A DNA stretch of 63,486 bases, filler included, from Platydemus manokwari (Eukaryota): NCBI GenBank assembly GCA_037951405.1. It is 6 parts of 6 records of this genome, joined end to end, with 100 filler letters (N's around TTAATTAATTAA, not from the genome) between each part and the next. Parts side by side here need not be neighbours in the genome. Positions count along the whole stretch, not along the records: positions 12,069 to 21,324 come from JBBMOY011276984.1; positions 21,425 to 30,431 come from JBBMOY011315094.1; 4 more parts are not named here. One strand, 5' to 3'. The position numbers were made by a program, and so were the translations under genes. The notes under the pieces were generated by a model. The model was not told the DNA's origin and did not search any database. It was given only the letters and a program-made list of their open reading frames with translations. Positions 15,111 through 28,346 of this stretch are shown here, piece after piece. How positions within the stretch are numbered: position 1 is the stretch's first letter; each line of letters begins with the position of its first letter.

Positions 15111-16133
15111 CATAAATAAAGATTTATTTTAATTTTCAATAGACACATAGTTGGAGGGGATTTAAATTCAATATTGGTAAAAGATAAAAATTTATATCTT
15201 CGATTTAATGTTTCTACAGATCATCAGAAGCGATTAATACAGAATGGTTAGGCTTTCATCATTCAGGTTGCGTTCAATAACAACTCAACAATATCTTCGT
15301 TTCACATAAAGTTTGGAACCCTTATCCAACAAGTATATAAATTCTCGAGTCAATTTTTAATCAAATGAACTCAGTGAACCCATCCATTAATGTTTAATTT
15401 TATTTCTTACAATGCAATTCATTTACTACGCTTAGATTTTAAAAAGGCACTTTTTCAAATCTATATAAAACCAGACTAATTTTCGAGGCTATCAATATTA
15501 GAAAATATCTCCATAAACTTCACATAAACATGATGATGACTGACAAATGTTGTCTATATAATACCATATAAATGAGACTTCGATCTTCAAGATGTTAAGT
15601 ATAAAAAATAATTATTAACAATTGAGAAGGTTGCTAAGATATTATTAAACCCAATATCAAACGATTTTAGCCATTAGCCGTTAATGATACACGATATATT
15701 ATATACCTTTATTATTTGAAGAAATAGACTGGTTATTATGAATACCAAGAGAATTTTCCATTACTTGCGGAAAGAATTTGGTTCTCTGATAATCATGGCC
15801 TGCTAAAACAGACATGAAATTCATGAATTTAAGTGCCAAAATCATAATATAATATCAAATAAAACATTTCAATTTCATCTTTATTTCTGTCGAATGTAGA
15901 GACCAGTATTAAAAATAATTACGTAATATAATTTTCAACATAAGAAAAACTTTTTCAGGATTTTCAAAATTGTTCGATGAATGATCGACTATTTTGTCAG
16001 ACTCAAGCCTCAAATGTTAAATCAATTTTGCAAATTAACCGTAGAACAAGAATTTCAAATTTATTTCTCATACGATCAATTTTCAATAAAGCTGGTGGAG
16101 GAACATCACGTATTGTGTCTCTATTGTTCACAG

Positions 16134-16824
16134 TAGTGTTTTTTAAAAGGGATGGGTACGAAAATTTTTTTGGGAATCACGAGAAATTTCAAAGTTATAG
16201 TAAAGTATTCATAAGAAAATATTCTTTAAATATGAGAAGTTTAATTATAAATAATTTTGAATACATTTATTATTTTTTTTTATTGATAGTATTAGACGAC
16301 AAAATAGTAAATTTTTAATTAATACTAAAAATAATCTCAACAAGAGTAAATCCTAATTATTAAAAAGAAGTGAATCATCTCTCATTTAAAGCTCAAAAAG
16401 AGTTTTCAAAACTTTCCAGTGATTTGAGCTTGAAATTTAAAATTTTCAAAAAAATTTAAGTTTATTTTGGGCTAATGTAAAAACAGAATATTCACTATTA
16501 TTGGAACTAGCCATACTTTCTCTTCTTCCTTTTGTCTCTACTTATTTGTGTGAAAAATCATTTTCCACACTGATTTATATTAAGACAAAATATCGATCAA
16601 ATTTCAAAGATCTGGAATTAGTACTGAGACCAGCCATCACCAAAATAGATCTAAGGTTTGATGTTTTATGCCAGAATATACAAAATCGTTGTTATTATTA
16701 AATATATTTTAATTTTTTGGAGTTAAAAAAATTTACTTTATTATTTTTATTGTTGTCCCTAGGGGTCGCGAAAAAATTTGCACTCTTAAAATGGGTCGCA
16801 ACACAAAAAGTGTGAAGACCACTG
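16134..16824 (+). mobile_element. hAT (Buster/Charlie-type) internal-deletion derivative
   Basis: Imperfect terminal inverted ends (TAGTGTTTTTTAAA.. / ..GTGTGAAGACCACTG). 8-bp flanking direct repeat GTTCACAG (16126-16133) / GTTTACAG (16825-16832). Remnant of the hAT C-terminal dimerisation region LLPFVSTYLCEKSFSTLIYIKTKYRS (16501-16701). Subterminal GGGTCGC motifs. Confidence 0.85.
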
Positions 16825-17160
16825 GTTTACAGCATTTTCAGTCTTCGAATACTGTTTTGAAATCTATTCTTTTGATCTCAAATGAACATAATATATGATA
16901 TCAGACAAAAGAGTCACACAATTATTAAGTTCACAAAAACATTCTTACAGGCGACAACATAAATTTCAGTGGTTTATGACTTCAAATTAAGATATCCAGA
17001 AATTTTTAAAAATCTACATATTTATCAAGTTAAAATTTAATTATAAAAAATCGAAACTTCATAATAATTTCTATTAGCTTTAAAGAACATCAAAATTTAT
17101 CTTTTTCTTTCATAAGACATTTCCAACAGCTCAAGTATATATTATATATCTATGTCTTAC

Positions 17161-20100
17161 GTGTTTCAATCTTTGGTTTCTTGGCAAGATTTTCCGATAT
17201 TAGAGAAGATCCTCTTTTATAATGATTGAGATTATGAGGAGTAGCATTATGATTCATTTTAATTGGTAATAACAATTCCTTAACGTTATCGTTACTTTTT
17301 GAAAGTTCTAGCAAAATATTCAAAATTTATATCACCATAAAATAATTTTACCTTGATGGATTTGCTTACATTTTACAGGAAGGTTATTCTTACAAAGTTT
17401 GTTACATTCCCATGCTTTAGTCAAAAATTGATTTGTTGGTGTCTTAAATTCTATAGGATTGATATCTATCAATACAAAAGGATTTATGAGAGTTAATGAA
17501 TAAATGAATCGAAGTGGAACATATTAGATATCGAATATGTGTGAAGATCAAGCAAAAATGTTGTTACCATGGGGACGTTTTACAGAAATTGTAGAAAAAC
17601 TATTTTCATCTAGTTTCTTAAACTGAGAAACTTTGATAAAGTTCGGATTAGTTGGTGTCTTGAATTCTTCACGGTTCATTATGCCTGCAAACAGAACATT
17701 AAAATTCTTCAATTAAATCATTAAGTAATTTGATATGCGAAATATTAATCTAATTGAATCAGCCCGAAGGAGTCGATAGACTGAAATGATTTAGAACCTG
17801 AATCTAGTCATCTCTATATCAACTCTACAGGTCTAAACCGAAATAACAAGTAGTTATTTAAGGAATAAGAATATTGAAGGATTATTTAACTTGAAAAACT
17901 TTTTTAAAAGGTGTTATTACTTGACTTTTGTTCCTTTTCTGAAGAAATATTGTTTTCACTTGAATTATTTGATTCGTTCGTTCTATTAAACAATTGATTC
18001 ACCGGTGATTTAAATTCTTCATGACTGATTTTCGCTAAAAAATATACAACTTATTTAATTTATTAAAATAGTAGAAAAAGATATGAATGGGACAGAGATT
18101 CGATGTCTGATGAAATGAAATAAAACACACAAATATAAGTTTATTTTTACCACGGTTCTGTTGCCCATATTGTGGAGAAAACTTTGTTTTGTTTAACTGT
18201 TGAAGTTGAAAATCAATGTTCAAGATTTGATCAGTAGGTGTCTTAAACTGTTCACGATTGATTTTGTCTACAACATATAAACATAATCACCAAACAGAAA
18301 GGTTTTATTCATTAATAGTTATTCACTTCATATAAGAAGCAACAGATTTACAAGCAAATAAATGATTTAAAGTGAGTCAAAACTTGAAAACAATTTAAAA
18401 CTCGAAATTTTAATTGTTTTCAAACACACGATCTGTAAGACAAGCCTGAGATGTAATCGTAGTCTTGTTGGTATATCACACAACACAGTCATACATTATA
18501 TTATTTTGTATAATATTATATGATGTTTGTGAGATATTGTAAATGAATTAAAATTTTAATTCAAATTTAATATAAAATCATATTTATATAAAATTATATT
18601 TATTTGCTTAAATATTTGTATTTAAATATATTTTTGGGGTCTTGACTTTTCAGTTCGATTTTAATGTGTGGTTTTTAAAAATAGTAGCGTCTAACAATGT
18701 TAATAATTGATGATTACTGGAAGAGTTTTTCGTAGGTTATACAAAAATAAACATAAAAATTGTCGAGAATATTATTAAATTGTAACAAATAAAAACGTGT
18801 GCTTAATAAATGCTGAAAACGCCATTATATCTTACCATATACATTAGATTTTCGAATAAAAGGCTAATTTGATATTGAATAAAAAACTCAGAAACGAGGC
18901 TGTCCAGAAAAATAATGTTTTTAATTTGAAAATAAAAAATAAGCGAAAAGAGAAATTCACGACAGAAAATTTTCAAAATTTTTTCTTTTTAGAAAAAATT
19001 GAATTACATTTATCATTTGCATGAAAAATTGAATTAACAATAAAGAATTACCTAAGTGATTTTGTTTGAACTCATCCGAATTGTTATTTGAATTGAATTT
19101 CCTAAATTCATTCTCGATTCTTAACTTTTGCCTGACCGGTGTAACAAATTCCTCACGCACAGGTTTCCCTACATTACATAAATATTCGAAATTAAAGCAA
19201 TAATTTTTTCAGTAAAGATAAGGTAATTCAATTTAAATAAGCTATTTACAAACGACAGTAGTAAAAATATCGATAAAAATGTGAGTGGATAACAATATAG
19301 TTAAAGAGTTTACTACGAGACAAGGAAGCTCATGAAAACTCTACGTCCAACTCAATCTACTTGAGACTAAGAAAATTATTATTAGAAACCCCCACAAATT
19401 ATTGAAGAAATTCACAATAAGTGGATTAATGATTGTCTGCTCTAGAAAATTATATATCATCATCCTATGAGTAAACAACAAAAAGAAGGAAATATTTCTA
19501 TCTGCAAAACGAGATAAGTCATTTAATTCTTTGATAAATTTTTGTAATTCATAATGTCTTTGATAATCATAACCATTGTTTTTAGTAATGTCTTGGGCCT
19601 CGCCCAACTACTATTTAATTAAACCTTATTTTATTTCAATTGTTGAAATCTCCTCCGTATAGTTTCCTGTCTATTAGGTCCCAACATTTTTACATCACAT
19701 CCGGGACCTTGCAGCTCTCCGCGCAAGGAACACAAAAATTCATACAAGATAGTCGTTATCTTATAAACGTCCTGATTAATTTCACCTGGTTATTTGACTA
19801 TTCAAGTTAATAATCAGCTACTGCCATTTAAATTTGTGCATATAATTGTAATTTTGATTTAGATTACCTATATTTATTCGCATCTATTGTATTATTTATT
19901 TATATTTACATTATTTCTGTCATTTTTACCTGCGCTTTCGAAGTAAGGTATAAATTAAGGACTTAAAAACCTTCTGAAATTAAAACCCAACAAAAATCAA
20001 ACACTTATAAGAATAAATACCATAAAATACACAAAAAATTGGCGATAAACCTGAAAGCAATTTCTCAAGAAAGTCAAAACGTTCTTTTAGCATTGATTCG

Positions 20101-20507
20101 AATAATGTGTATAAAATATTTCTCGATCATAGGCAAAATAACCAAAACAAAAATACTGTAATTACTTGTGAAATCATCTAATGTGAATAACTGAAAAGTT
20201 TCCGATATTGTTGTGACCGATAACGGGTTGTCAAAACTTATATTTTCAAAGGATGTAAAATCAATTCCAAACGAATCATTTAACGAATATTTTTCAACTG
20301 ATTCGAAAGCTGAAATTTCCTCATCTAAATTCAAGTGAAATTCAGAGATTCGTGGCTCATAAGAATCCACTGAAATTTATCATTAAGAAGTAAACCAATA
20401 TTTTCACTTTACTACATTCTATGAGATATTTTTCAACATCAAAACAATCAAGGAATTCGTGCTCTTGTTGACCCTGGTTTCTTGATATATCACTGACATC
20501 ATTAGAG
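17161..20507 (-). CDS. Orphan multi-exon gene, likely disordered protein with five exon-encoded EF(K/V)(T/S)P repeats; both ends unresolved
   Basis: GT-AG exons 20413-20507, 20166-20369, 19052-19168, 18151-18267, 17921-18034, 17568-17684, 17352-17465 and 17161-17307 join in frame without stops. The last exon ends with an NLS-like AKKPKIE. Confidence 0.72.
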
Positions 20508-21247
20508 CTGAATAAAAAACATTGTTGAGTTATTATATAATATAAATAATGTAATTTGTAAGAAGAATAAATATTTGATTGTTAAGATTGGTAAAAATGG
20601 TCGAAACCACCTGCAAGTTTGAAGTCTAAAATATAATCGATTCCTGACTAGCTCTGCCAGATAACATCAATTTCCAATCGGTAGTATTTTATATTAAATA
20701 AATAAAGGAGAGGTTCTTCTTTAACAATAAAAAATCTAATTGTATTTAAAAAATAGGATTTAAATGATTTAAATGATTTCCTTTTATAAATCTGTTAAAA
20801 AGGGGACCCTAAATTATAATAAAATACAAAGTGACCACGCATCGAGATTTGATTATGAAAATATCAACGACTGAAAAGTATAGAAGAAATGGAGGAAGGT
20901 ATAACGAAGATATAAAGAAGATAGAAGAAATAAAGATTTTATATAAATAAATACTTAGAGAAAGATAGTCGTGAAGATTTAAAAATGAATTAAAATTACA
21001 AAGATTTAATTCAGATTGTATAAAAAATAATAATTTGTTCAAATATAATTATATATATCGTGACTGTTCAATTCGTTTTCTATATGCGCTTTATAAAGTA
21101 GTAGTTGTTTACACGGCTTTTGTAGAATAAAATACATTACCACTGTCCGAAGACTAAAAATTTAATTTCAAATACGTTGATGAATCGACAAAACCTTATT
21201 TGTAGTTATGTGATTTATATATTTTAATATAATATTATAACCGAAAC

Positions 21248-21324
21248 TACTGTAAAATCCCGAGTATAAGCTGCAGCGCGTATTAGCTGCAGATGACATT
21301 TTTATAAAAATGTATTTTTTAGTC
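21248..21324 (+). mobile_element. Terminal inverted repeat end of a Tc2/pogo-like DNA transposon, cut by the gap
   Basis: TA followed by CTGTAAAATCCCGAGTATAAGCTGCA with a repeated TA(T/A)AGCTGCA unit resembles Tc2/pogo-type ends. The partner end is not visible. Confidence 0.4.
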
Positions 21325-21424
21325 NNNNNNNNNNNNNNNNNNNNNNNNNNNNNNNNNNNNNNNNNNNNTTAATTAATTAANNNNNNNNNNNNNNNNNNNN
21401 NNNNNNNNNNNNNNNNNNNNNNNN
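21325..21424. other. Assembly spacer
   Basis: N44-TTAATTAATTAA-N44. Confidence 0.97.
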
Positions 21425-21600
21425 AAAGCGGAATGGCCAGCACAAACTCGAAAAGTGGTTGAAGATCAATTTTTAAAAGGCGTTCACCACCACATCAGCG
21501 CTGCACTTAGTTTACCAGATTATCCCAATTACGACGAGTTAATCAAAAAGGCGATGAGAGTAGAAATGAACTCAACAATTGCGTTACTTGGATTCAAAGT
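21425..21600 (+). mobile_element. LTR retrotransposon gag-like fragment
   Basis: Short frame KVVEDQFLKGVHHHISAALSLPDYPNYDELIKKAMRVE resembles the Gypsy capsid C-terminal 'F..GL...I...L......+.E.+..A...E' pattern. Confidence 0.4.
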
Positions 21601-24600
21601 TTTAGCCACTTCTCCATATGAACGGAGTTAAGAATCCTCGCTTAAAAAGACTATATTACAATGACTTAAGTTTTTTCTGGTAGTAATCACGTAGATATTG
21701 CATTGTAAAGTATGGGCGTAAATTGCTTACTTTGCAGCTTTTAATTACACTAATGCAATTCAGCCATAATGATTCATCGTTATTATCAATAAAACTGCAA
21801 TTCTTAAACCATTTTCTTGAGAGCTTATATTTTCGTCTTCGTACTTTCGTTTTCTGATGTTTTCAATATCCAAGCTATTATTAAAAAATCGAAATAAATT
21901 TAATTTTATACTGAAATTTTATACTTTCAAATAATTTTAACATTATTTATGGCCAATTATCGGTTTTTATCATCAATTAAGACTTGATAACAAAATAATC
22001 ATGCGTACTTTTATTTGATGTTTAACAATTTATCAGGGCATAAAAGTAGAATTGTAAAGAAATGCTGAAATATTGTGTGTTAACTGGAAAATATTCCAAT
22101 AATTTTATTTCTTAATTTACATTTGGAAAATTATATTTTTTGTTCTTATTGACGAATATTTAATCGGACAAAGTGAATTGATTTTATTTTTGACTAAAAA
22201 ACCTTTAAAAATCTTAGATAATTCATTAAAAATCCCTGAATATAAAAAGCATTAAAAATAGAATAAAATAACCCATTAAAAATAATGTTATGATTAAATA
22301 ACGACCACACTAATTAAAATCAAAGTGCAGAGAAAATAAAGCTCACATTCAAAAATACTCCGAGAGAATATTTTACTTCATATGATTCACGGTGCCATTT
22401 TTACAGATACTACTTCAACAGTTGCTACTCTTCGAGAAGAAAACAATTTTGCAAGTCAAGCTATTTTCGTGAAATGATCCATTTTACCAGACCATTTGAT
22501 AATGCATTCCCATTATTTTACTGGAAGATCCTTCAAGTATTTCAAATTACTCCATTGAGAATAAGCATTAGCTGTAATTTAATATCTTGCATTTATCTCG
22601 CATATTTTGTATTTAAAAAATATCTTGCAATTCGATTCCTATCCAACGATACGAGGAAGATTAACAAAATCATACTCTATCTTTGAAATTGATTATTTTA
22701 CACAAGGTCATTTTTCTCAGTTTTATACTTATATGTTTTTATATCAAAATGCCTTAATTTTTAAATAATTGCATTATAATTGCTAAATAGCATTATCTTA
22801 TTTGGTTTATCATTTACTTGTCAAGAATTTCAATGTCATTCTTATCACCTATTATTAGTAATAAATTTTATTACTATAACTAATAATTCATTAGTCAGCT
22901 GCTAGTAGTATTAAACCGAATAGCAACTGTGCCAAAGATAAAATTATTAGCAATTGTAGTTTAGTAGTGATGCGTATAGCATGGTAATTAACATCGCTCC
23001 AATAATCTTCGTATCATTGTGAAAACGTTGAGGCGAAAGAAGATCAAAATTATAGGTACATTGCATCTAAGGCATAATATTATAACTCATTGAGACTGGT
23101 TAAATTGCTAATAATCTCAATAAAAACTCATCTCACAAAGTAACATAGGTAATACCCATAACATAGATAAATCCATAAGGACCAAAAGTAACATTTATTT
23201 GAATTGAAAAACTGACATATATAACCACCCACAGAGTCGAAATTCCTGTATAGGTTGGTGTTGCACAAATTGTCTGTAGTACGAAGTAACTTTAATAATG
23301 TACATACTTGCTCATAGATATTTTATGGAAGACTGCTGAATTCCTGCCACGTCTATTACTCCCTTCAGCATACATACTGGCCAACACAATTTGCCAACTC
23401 GTGCATTACAAAGAGTTCAAAGAAAAAGACGGAAAACTTTGATAGAAACAGTATTTGATTCAACGAAAAGCAGCATACGGCTTTTGAAACCACATGATCT
23501 ATACCTATAAATTTCAAATACAATGATTTCGAAAGATATTTAAAATTTTACTATTCGCTAGAGTAGTATATATGTATAAATCAAAATATGTGATTTGTTT
23601 ATTGTTATTAAATAAGAAATTTATTAGTATGTATAACCATTGAACTAGTTATGTAATCAATAATTTGTGGTCTTATTCAATAATACCATTGAGTGAAAAT
23701 GTCAACGACACCAGTCTATCGATCATTTAATTAATCACCAGGACCTTCAAACCCTTACAATTATTGCCTTACAATTACTACCAGCTCACCAATTGATCAC
23801 TTACCTAAATTTCACCGCATGACTATATATTCATTGTATTCGAAATATAACATTCATCGAAAATTATTAAAAACATTATTACAATGATCTTAACAAAACT
23901 TTCAGAAATTCGTCTCTCTAAAAATTTAAAGTCATTCACATATTAAAAATAATAATAATAATTTTATCGATATTTTCATTATAATAAAGATGATTTCGTT
24001 TATAATTTCATATAATATTATAATAATTATTATCACATTTGTCAAGGATTATATGTTGATATTTATTGATAAAAACATTTCAGGAAATGCCAAAAAATGA
24101 TATAAATAAGATTTTTAATATCTTGCATATATCTTATTAATTTACAAAGAATAGCTTTTTCGATACTTTGATAAATGATTGAAAAGACCGAAAAAAAATT
24201 ATTATAGAAAAGATTCGAAACAACTCTCACATTGATTAGTCACCTAAATTTCATCTTATGGTTTTGTTCGAAATGTGATCATTAATCTGTATCGCAACTA
24301 AATTAATAATATATTTTTTACTCCTGTTCTTGAAACCCAATAAGAATTACTACTCTTTTTGTTGGACGTCAATATTGTTGTATAACTTATTAATTGCGAG
24401 CAATTTTTAGTTATGTCTAGAGTTTGAATACAATTTAAGACACAATATAATGGCCATTGTGTTGTTGGTTAATTAATTGCAAGATAATTTGTTTTTAGTT
24501 AGATAAACAAATTTCTTCTTTCTTATCTATCTAGGGTAAAATTTTCATATTTCGAAAATGTTCAATTGACACTATCTTAGTTCACGGTACTGAAACAACC

Positions 24601-26177
24601 TAGGAAGTACTGAAATGTATTGTAATAAACACATTTGTTTCTTCTGATAGCTCTAGTATTAGTATTTGAGAATTTGTAAAAATATTTCCATTAATTATTA
24701 AGCGAGTAATGGAACATATATGTCGATTTTAAGCACAAATAATCTCAAATTTTAAGTCTAGTCATGTTATATTTCTTTCTGAGTTAGCGAGAATTTAAAG
24801 ATCTGAGTGAATAATCTCTTTAATTGACATCATCAGCTAAATTTTGATTAAGTTTTTTTGCTTTGATCGAATTCAAAGGTTTAACAAATAAAAACTTGTA
24901 GTTTTGATTAATTTTTAAGAGATTACTTTTGATTTCTTTTTATTTTCGATAATTAAAGTGTTTTTAGCTCTATTTTTAAGTAAATTCGTTTTTTACAATA
25001 TTTATAGATTTATTTATTGTACGAATTGTATAATTATTATAGACAGTGACTACTTTTATTAAGGGTTTTAATGTTAACCTTTTGCATAGCTTAATATTCC
25101 AGAAGGAAACATATGAAGTTCTTATGAATTCTTATTAAGTTGATTTTAAAAGAAATTTCTAAATACCAGAATCCAATAGCCATCAAGAGCGTTTTGATTA
25201 CATCACTGACCTGCATATTAGTCGAGATAACCTTAATTGTTTTAGATGAAGGTAGTTATTATTATGACAGCAGATTTTTTAAGACGATCTTTTGTAAAAA
25301 TGTTCTATTACGAAACTCCGCCTGTTGGTTGCCATCGAGATAAAAAAGAATTAAATACCGAAAGTCATTAATCTTGTTTTAGATTTATTTATTCTTTTAA
25401 TTTTGATAAATTTATAAAACTGGAAATAAAATAAAATAATAAATTATCGAAAATGGTAGCTAATATATGCTTTAAAATATACCAATTACATATTTTACTT
25501 AGAAAATTTATATATCTCTTGAAGAAAATGACCCCGTAAAATAAGCAATGATAAACTTGAAATATCAAACTATTCGTGTTTAATTTGAGAAGCTATTATT
25601 ATGTCATTTTCACATATTTTTCCCACGCTCTCTTTTTCGGTTATGCTCAATTTATCTGCACACGCCTTTTCATTAGAAGAATATTTCGTAATTAATTGAT
25701 TGAAAGATTCCGATAATAAAAATTAGCCTTATTGAATATCAATAAAAATATTTAAAACATTTTATATTGATAAGTTATCCATTTTAAGATCCATGTCCTT
25801 TTGAAGAATGTCTATTGAAAATTCTCGTAAATCTGTGAAGCACCAAAGTAATTAAAGTTTCAAATTAGATTTAAAGAAATTAAATTGAATTTTTTCAAAT
25901 TTTCTGAAAATCTACAAAACAGCTACAATTCCATGGTCAACCGATTACCCTTATAAGCGTGAGATTATGAAAAAAAATTCTCACCAAATTGAATAATAGC
26001 ACACAGTGGCACAATGTATGCCAATACATCAATAGGGGAATTAGAAAATGCAGAACAATAGGATTATTTATCAATTTATGCGATTTAACAATGACAACAT
26101 ATTATCGAATCATGATGATGCATGTGGTATAAAAATGGAAATTCTTTCATTTATTTATGAATTGTCGATCAATTTGA

Positions 26178-28346
26178 ATGAGATTATTCTTGACATCTTT
26201 GTTTTTGGCGTTTCTTTTCCATTTTTCAAATGGAGATAAAAGTAGTTGCTATAACTCAAATGGAGAACCGGTAGCATGCGAGCCATCTTTGATCAATTTA
26301 GCGCAGAAATTAAAAGTTGAAGCCAGTAGTACTTGTGGAGTAAATGGGTCAGAAAACGTCTGCACGGAATGGTTAGATCGATCTGGTAAAGTTCAGAAAT
26401 CGTGTGAAAAATGTGATTTGTCTGATAGTAAATTATCGAAACCATCAACTTTGGTTGTCGATCCGCATATAAGAGGTAAAGAAACTTGCTGGATGTCGGA
26501 AGGTTTACATGCTAGTTCCCAACCAACAAATGTTAATCTGACTTTGGGTCTTAAAAAAAGATCGTTAATATCTTTTGTAACAATTGAATTGTGTGGCCAC
26601 AATCCAGACGGCATTATTATTTATAAAATGGATAAGCACTTGGAAGATTGGTATCCTTGGCAATTTTTTGCAAAAGATTGTAGAGTTACTTTTGGAATGG
26701 AACATCTATTTCCCGATATGAACCCATCATTGTCCTACAGTGACAGTTTAAAACCTATTTGTTTTGATTTAGAAAAGAGTATTGACTATGGAGGAGATGA
26801 AAAAATATTTCGTCTCATTCCTTTTAATCCCAAACAGGGAAGAATTTTTAATGACATATTAACTCAAAAGGAACAAGAATGGTTGACTGCAACTGATATT
26901 CGCATCAGTTATATTCTAATGCCAAAAGAAAATTTTGAAAAACCTTTAAGTAGAGAAAAGCGTAACAGCGAAAACACCATTTTTCACTTTGGATCTTCTG
27001 ATATTACAATTGCTGGACGGCCAATTTGTCATGGTCATGCTAATAAAATAAAGGAAAATCCTGACGGTTCTTATCAATGTGAATGTCAGCACAGTACTAC
27101 TGGAAAAGATTGTGAAAAATGTCATCCGGAATTCAATGATCAACCATGGAGTCCTGCAACTCATCGTAGACCTGCGGTTTGTAAAAGTAATTAATAATTT
27201 GGACTGATTATTATTATAAGTATATAACAGGATGCGAATGTAATAATCACTCAAAAACATGCAAATTCGATTTAAATGTATATCTAAAAACTGAAAGACT
27301 GCATGGTAGTCATTGTATCAATTGCGACCATAATACTGGAGGCCCCAGATGTGACCAATGTGCTCCCGGATATTACAGAAATCATGCTTTTCCAATTTAC
27401 CATAAAAACGCTTGCCAAGGTTTGTATTTTAAATATTGGATTTTTTACTTTATTAAGATTTTAGCATGCTTCTGTCATTCTGTTGGATCTCATCCAGGAA
27501 AACCATGTGACCCAATAACTGGTAAATGTTTTTGCAAAGTTGGTGTGACGGGTGAAAGTTGTAGTCAGTGCAGAGAAGGTTTTAAGCAAACTGATTCATT
27601 GATTAAACCATGTAAAAAAAGTTTGTTTTATGATTGTATTGATATTGCAATTTAACATAAAATTTAGTTCGAGCTCATTATTTGGTAAATAAAGGTAATA
27701 TTAAAGATCTCGTTTGTTTATATATTACATAACAAATTAGCGATAATTGAACTATTTTTATTTCATTTTATTTTCCAGGGAATTCTGGATGCGATTTCTG
27801 TCAGAAAAAGTTTAGAAGAATTAATTTCAAGCGTTTTTGCAACAAACAACTAAGTTTATTAAATTATTATTAACTATGTGGTATAACATAATTTGAATAG
27901 TTTTCAAGCTTTCATTGAAAAGCAAAGAATCTCGAGGTCACTGGATTAGGTTTATTGTAACTATTGAAGATATTTGGAATAGAAAACATGAAGATTCTAG
28001 AATAAATTTACTTGGTATAAACGCCATGGCTACTGCATCGATATGGGTACAAAAAGACCTAATTGATTGTCAATGTATTGATTTCGATTTTGGTCACTCT
28101 TATTTGGTGATGGCAAATATTAGAACAAGAGAGTTTATGGGACAGAATGAATTAGTTATTTCACAATCCGATGTTATTGAAGAATGGAGTGACGAATGGG
28201 ATGAACTATTTGCCAGATTTAATAAACTTGACAGTAAAGATCAATGTGACAAATTCGCTAGGTCTAAAAGAAACGCACCACTTAAGAACCTTGCCCATTC
28301 ATATTCTCTTGCTTCTTCATATAACCAATATGTATCCTATGGTTAA
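26178..28346 (+). CDS. netrin: Netrin (signal peptide, laminin N-terminal domain VI, three laminin-EGF repeats, NTR/C345C), 633 aa, 6 exons
   Basis: Exons 26178-27186, 27231-27419, 27465-27620, 27668-27694, 27779-27853 and 27901-28346 join via GT-AG introns (44, 45, 47, 84, 47 nt) into a 1902-nt ORF. Motifs include CYNSNGEPVACEP, VEASSTCG, WYPWQFFAKDC, QEWLTATDIRI, CECNNHSKTCKF..CINCDHNTGGPRCDQCAPGYYR, CFCHSVGS..CDPITGKCFCKVGVTGESCSQC and C345C-type CQC..GHSYLVM. Confidence 0.95.

Noticed and set aside
22380-22700. Possible integrase remnant (MDHFTKIA*LAKLFSSRRVATV) on the minus strand
   Set aside because: A single short motif among many stops; too weak to call without a profile search.
22880-23380. 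Hydrophobic minus-strand segments suggesting a decayed GPCR
   Set aside because: Multiple stops and frameshifts, and no unambiguous rhodopsin-family motif.
4236-28346. Alternative genetic code or stop readthrough to explain short ORFs
   Set aside because: Netrin, the PTP and the repeat gene splice cleanly with the standard code and short GT-AG introns.
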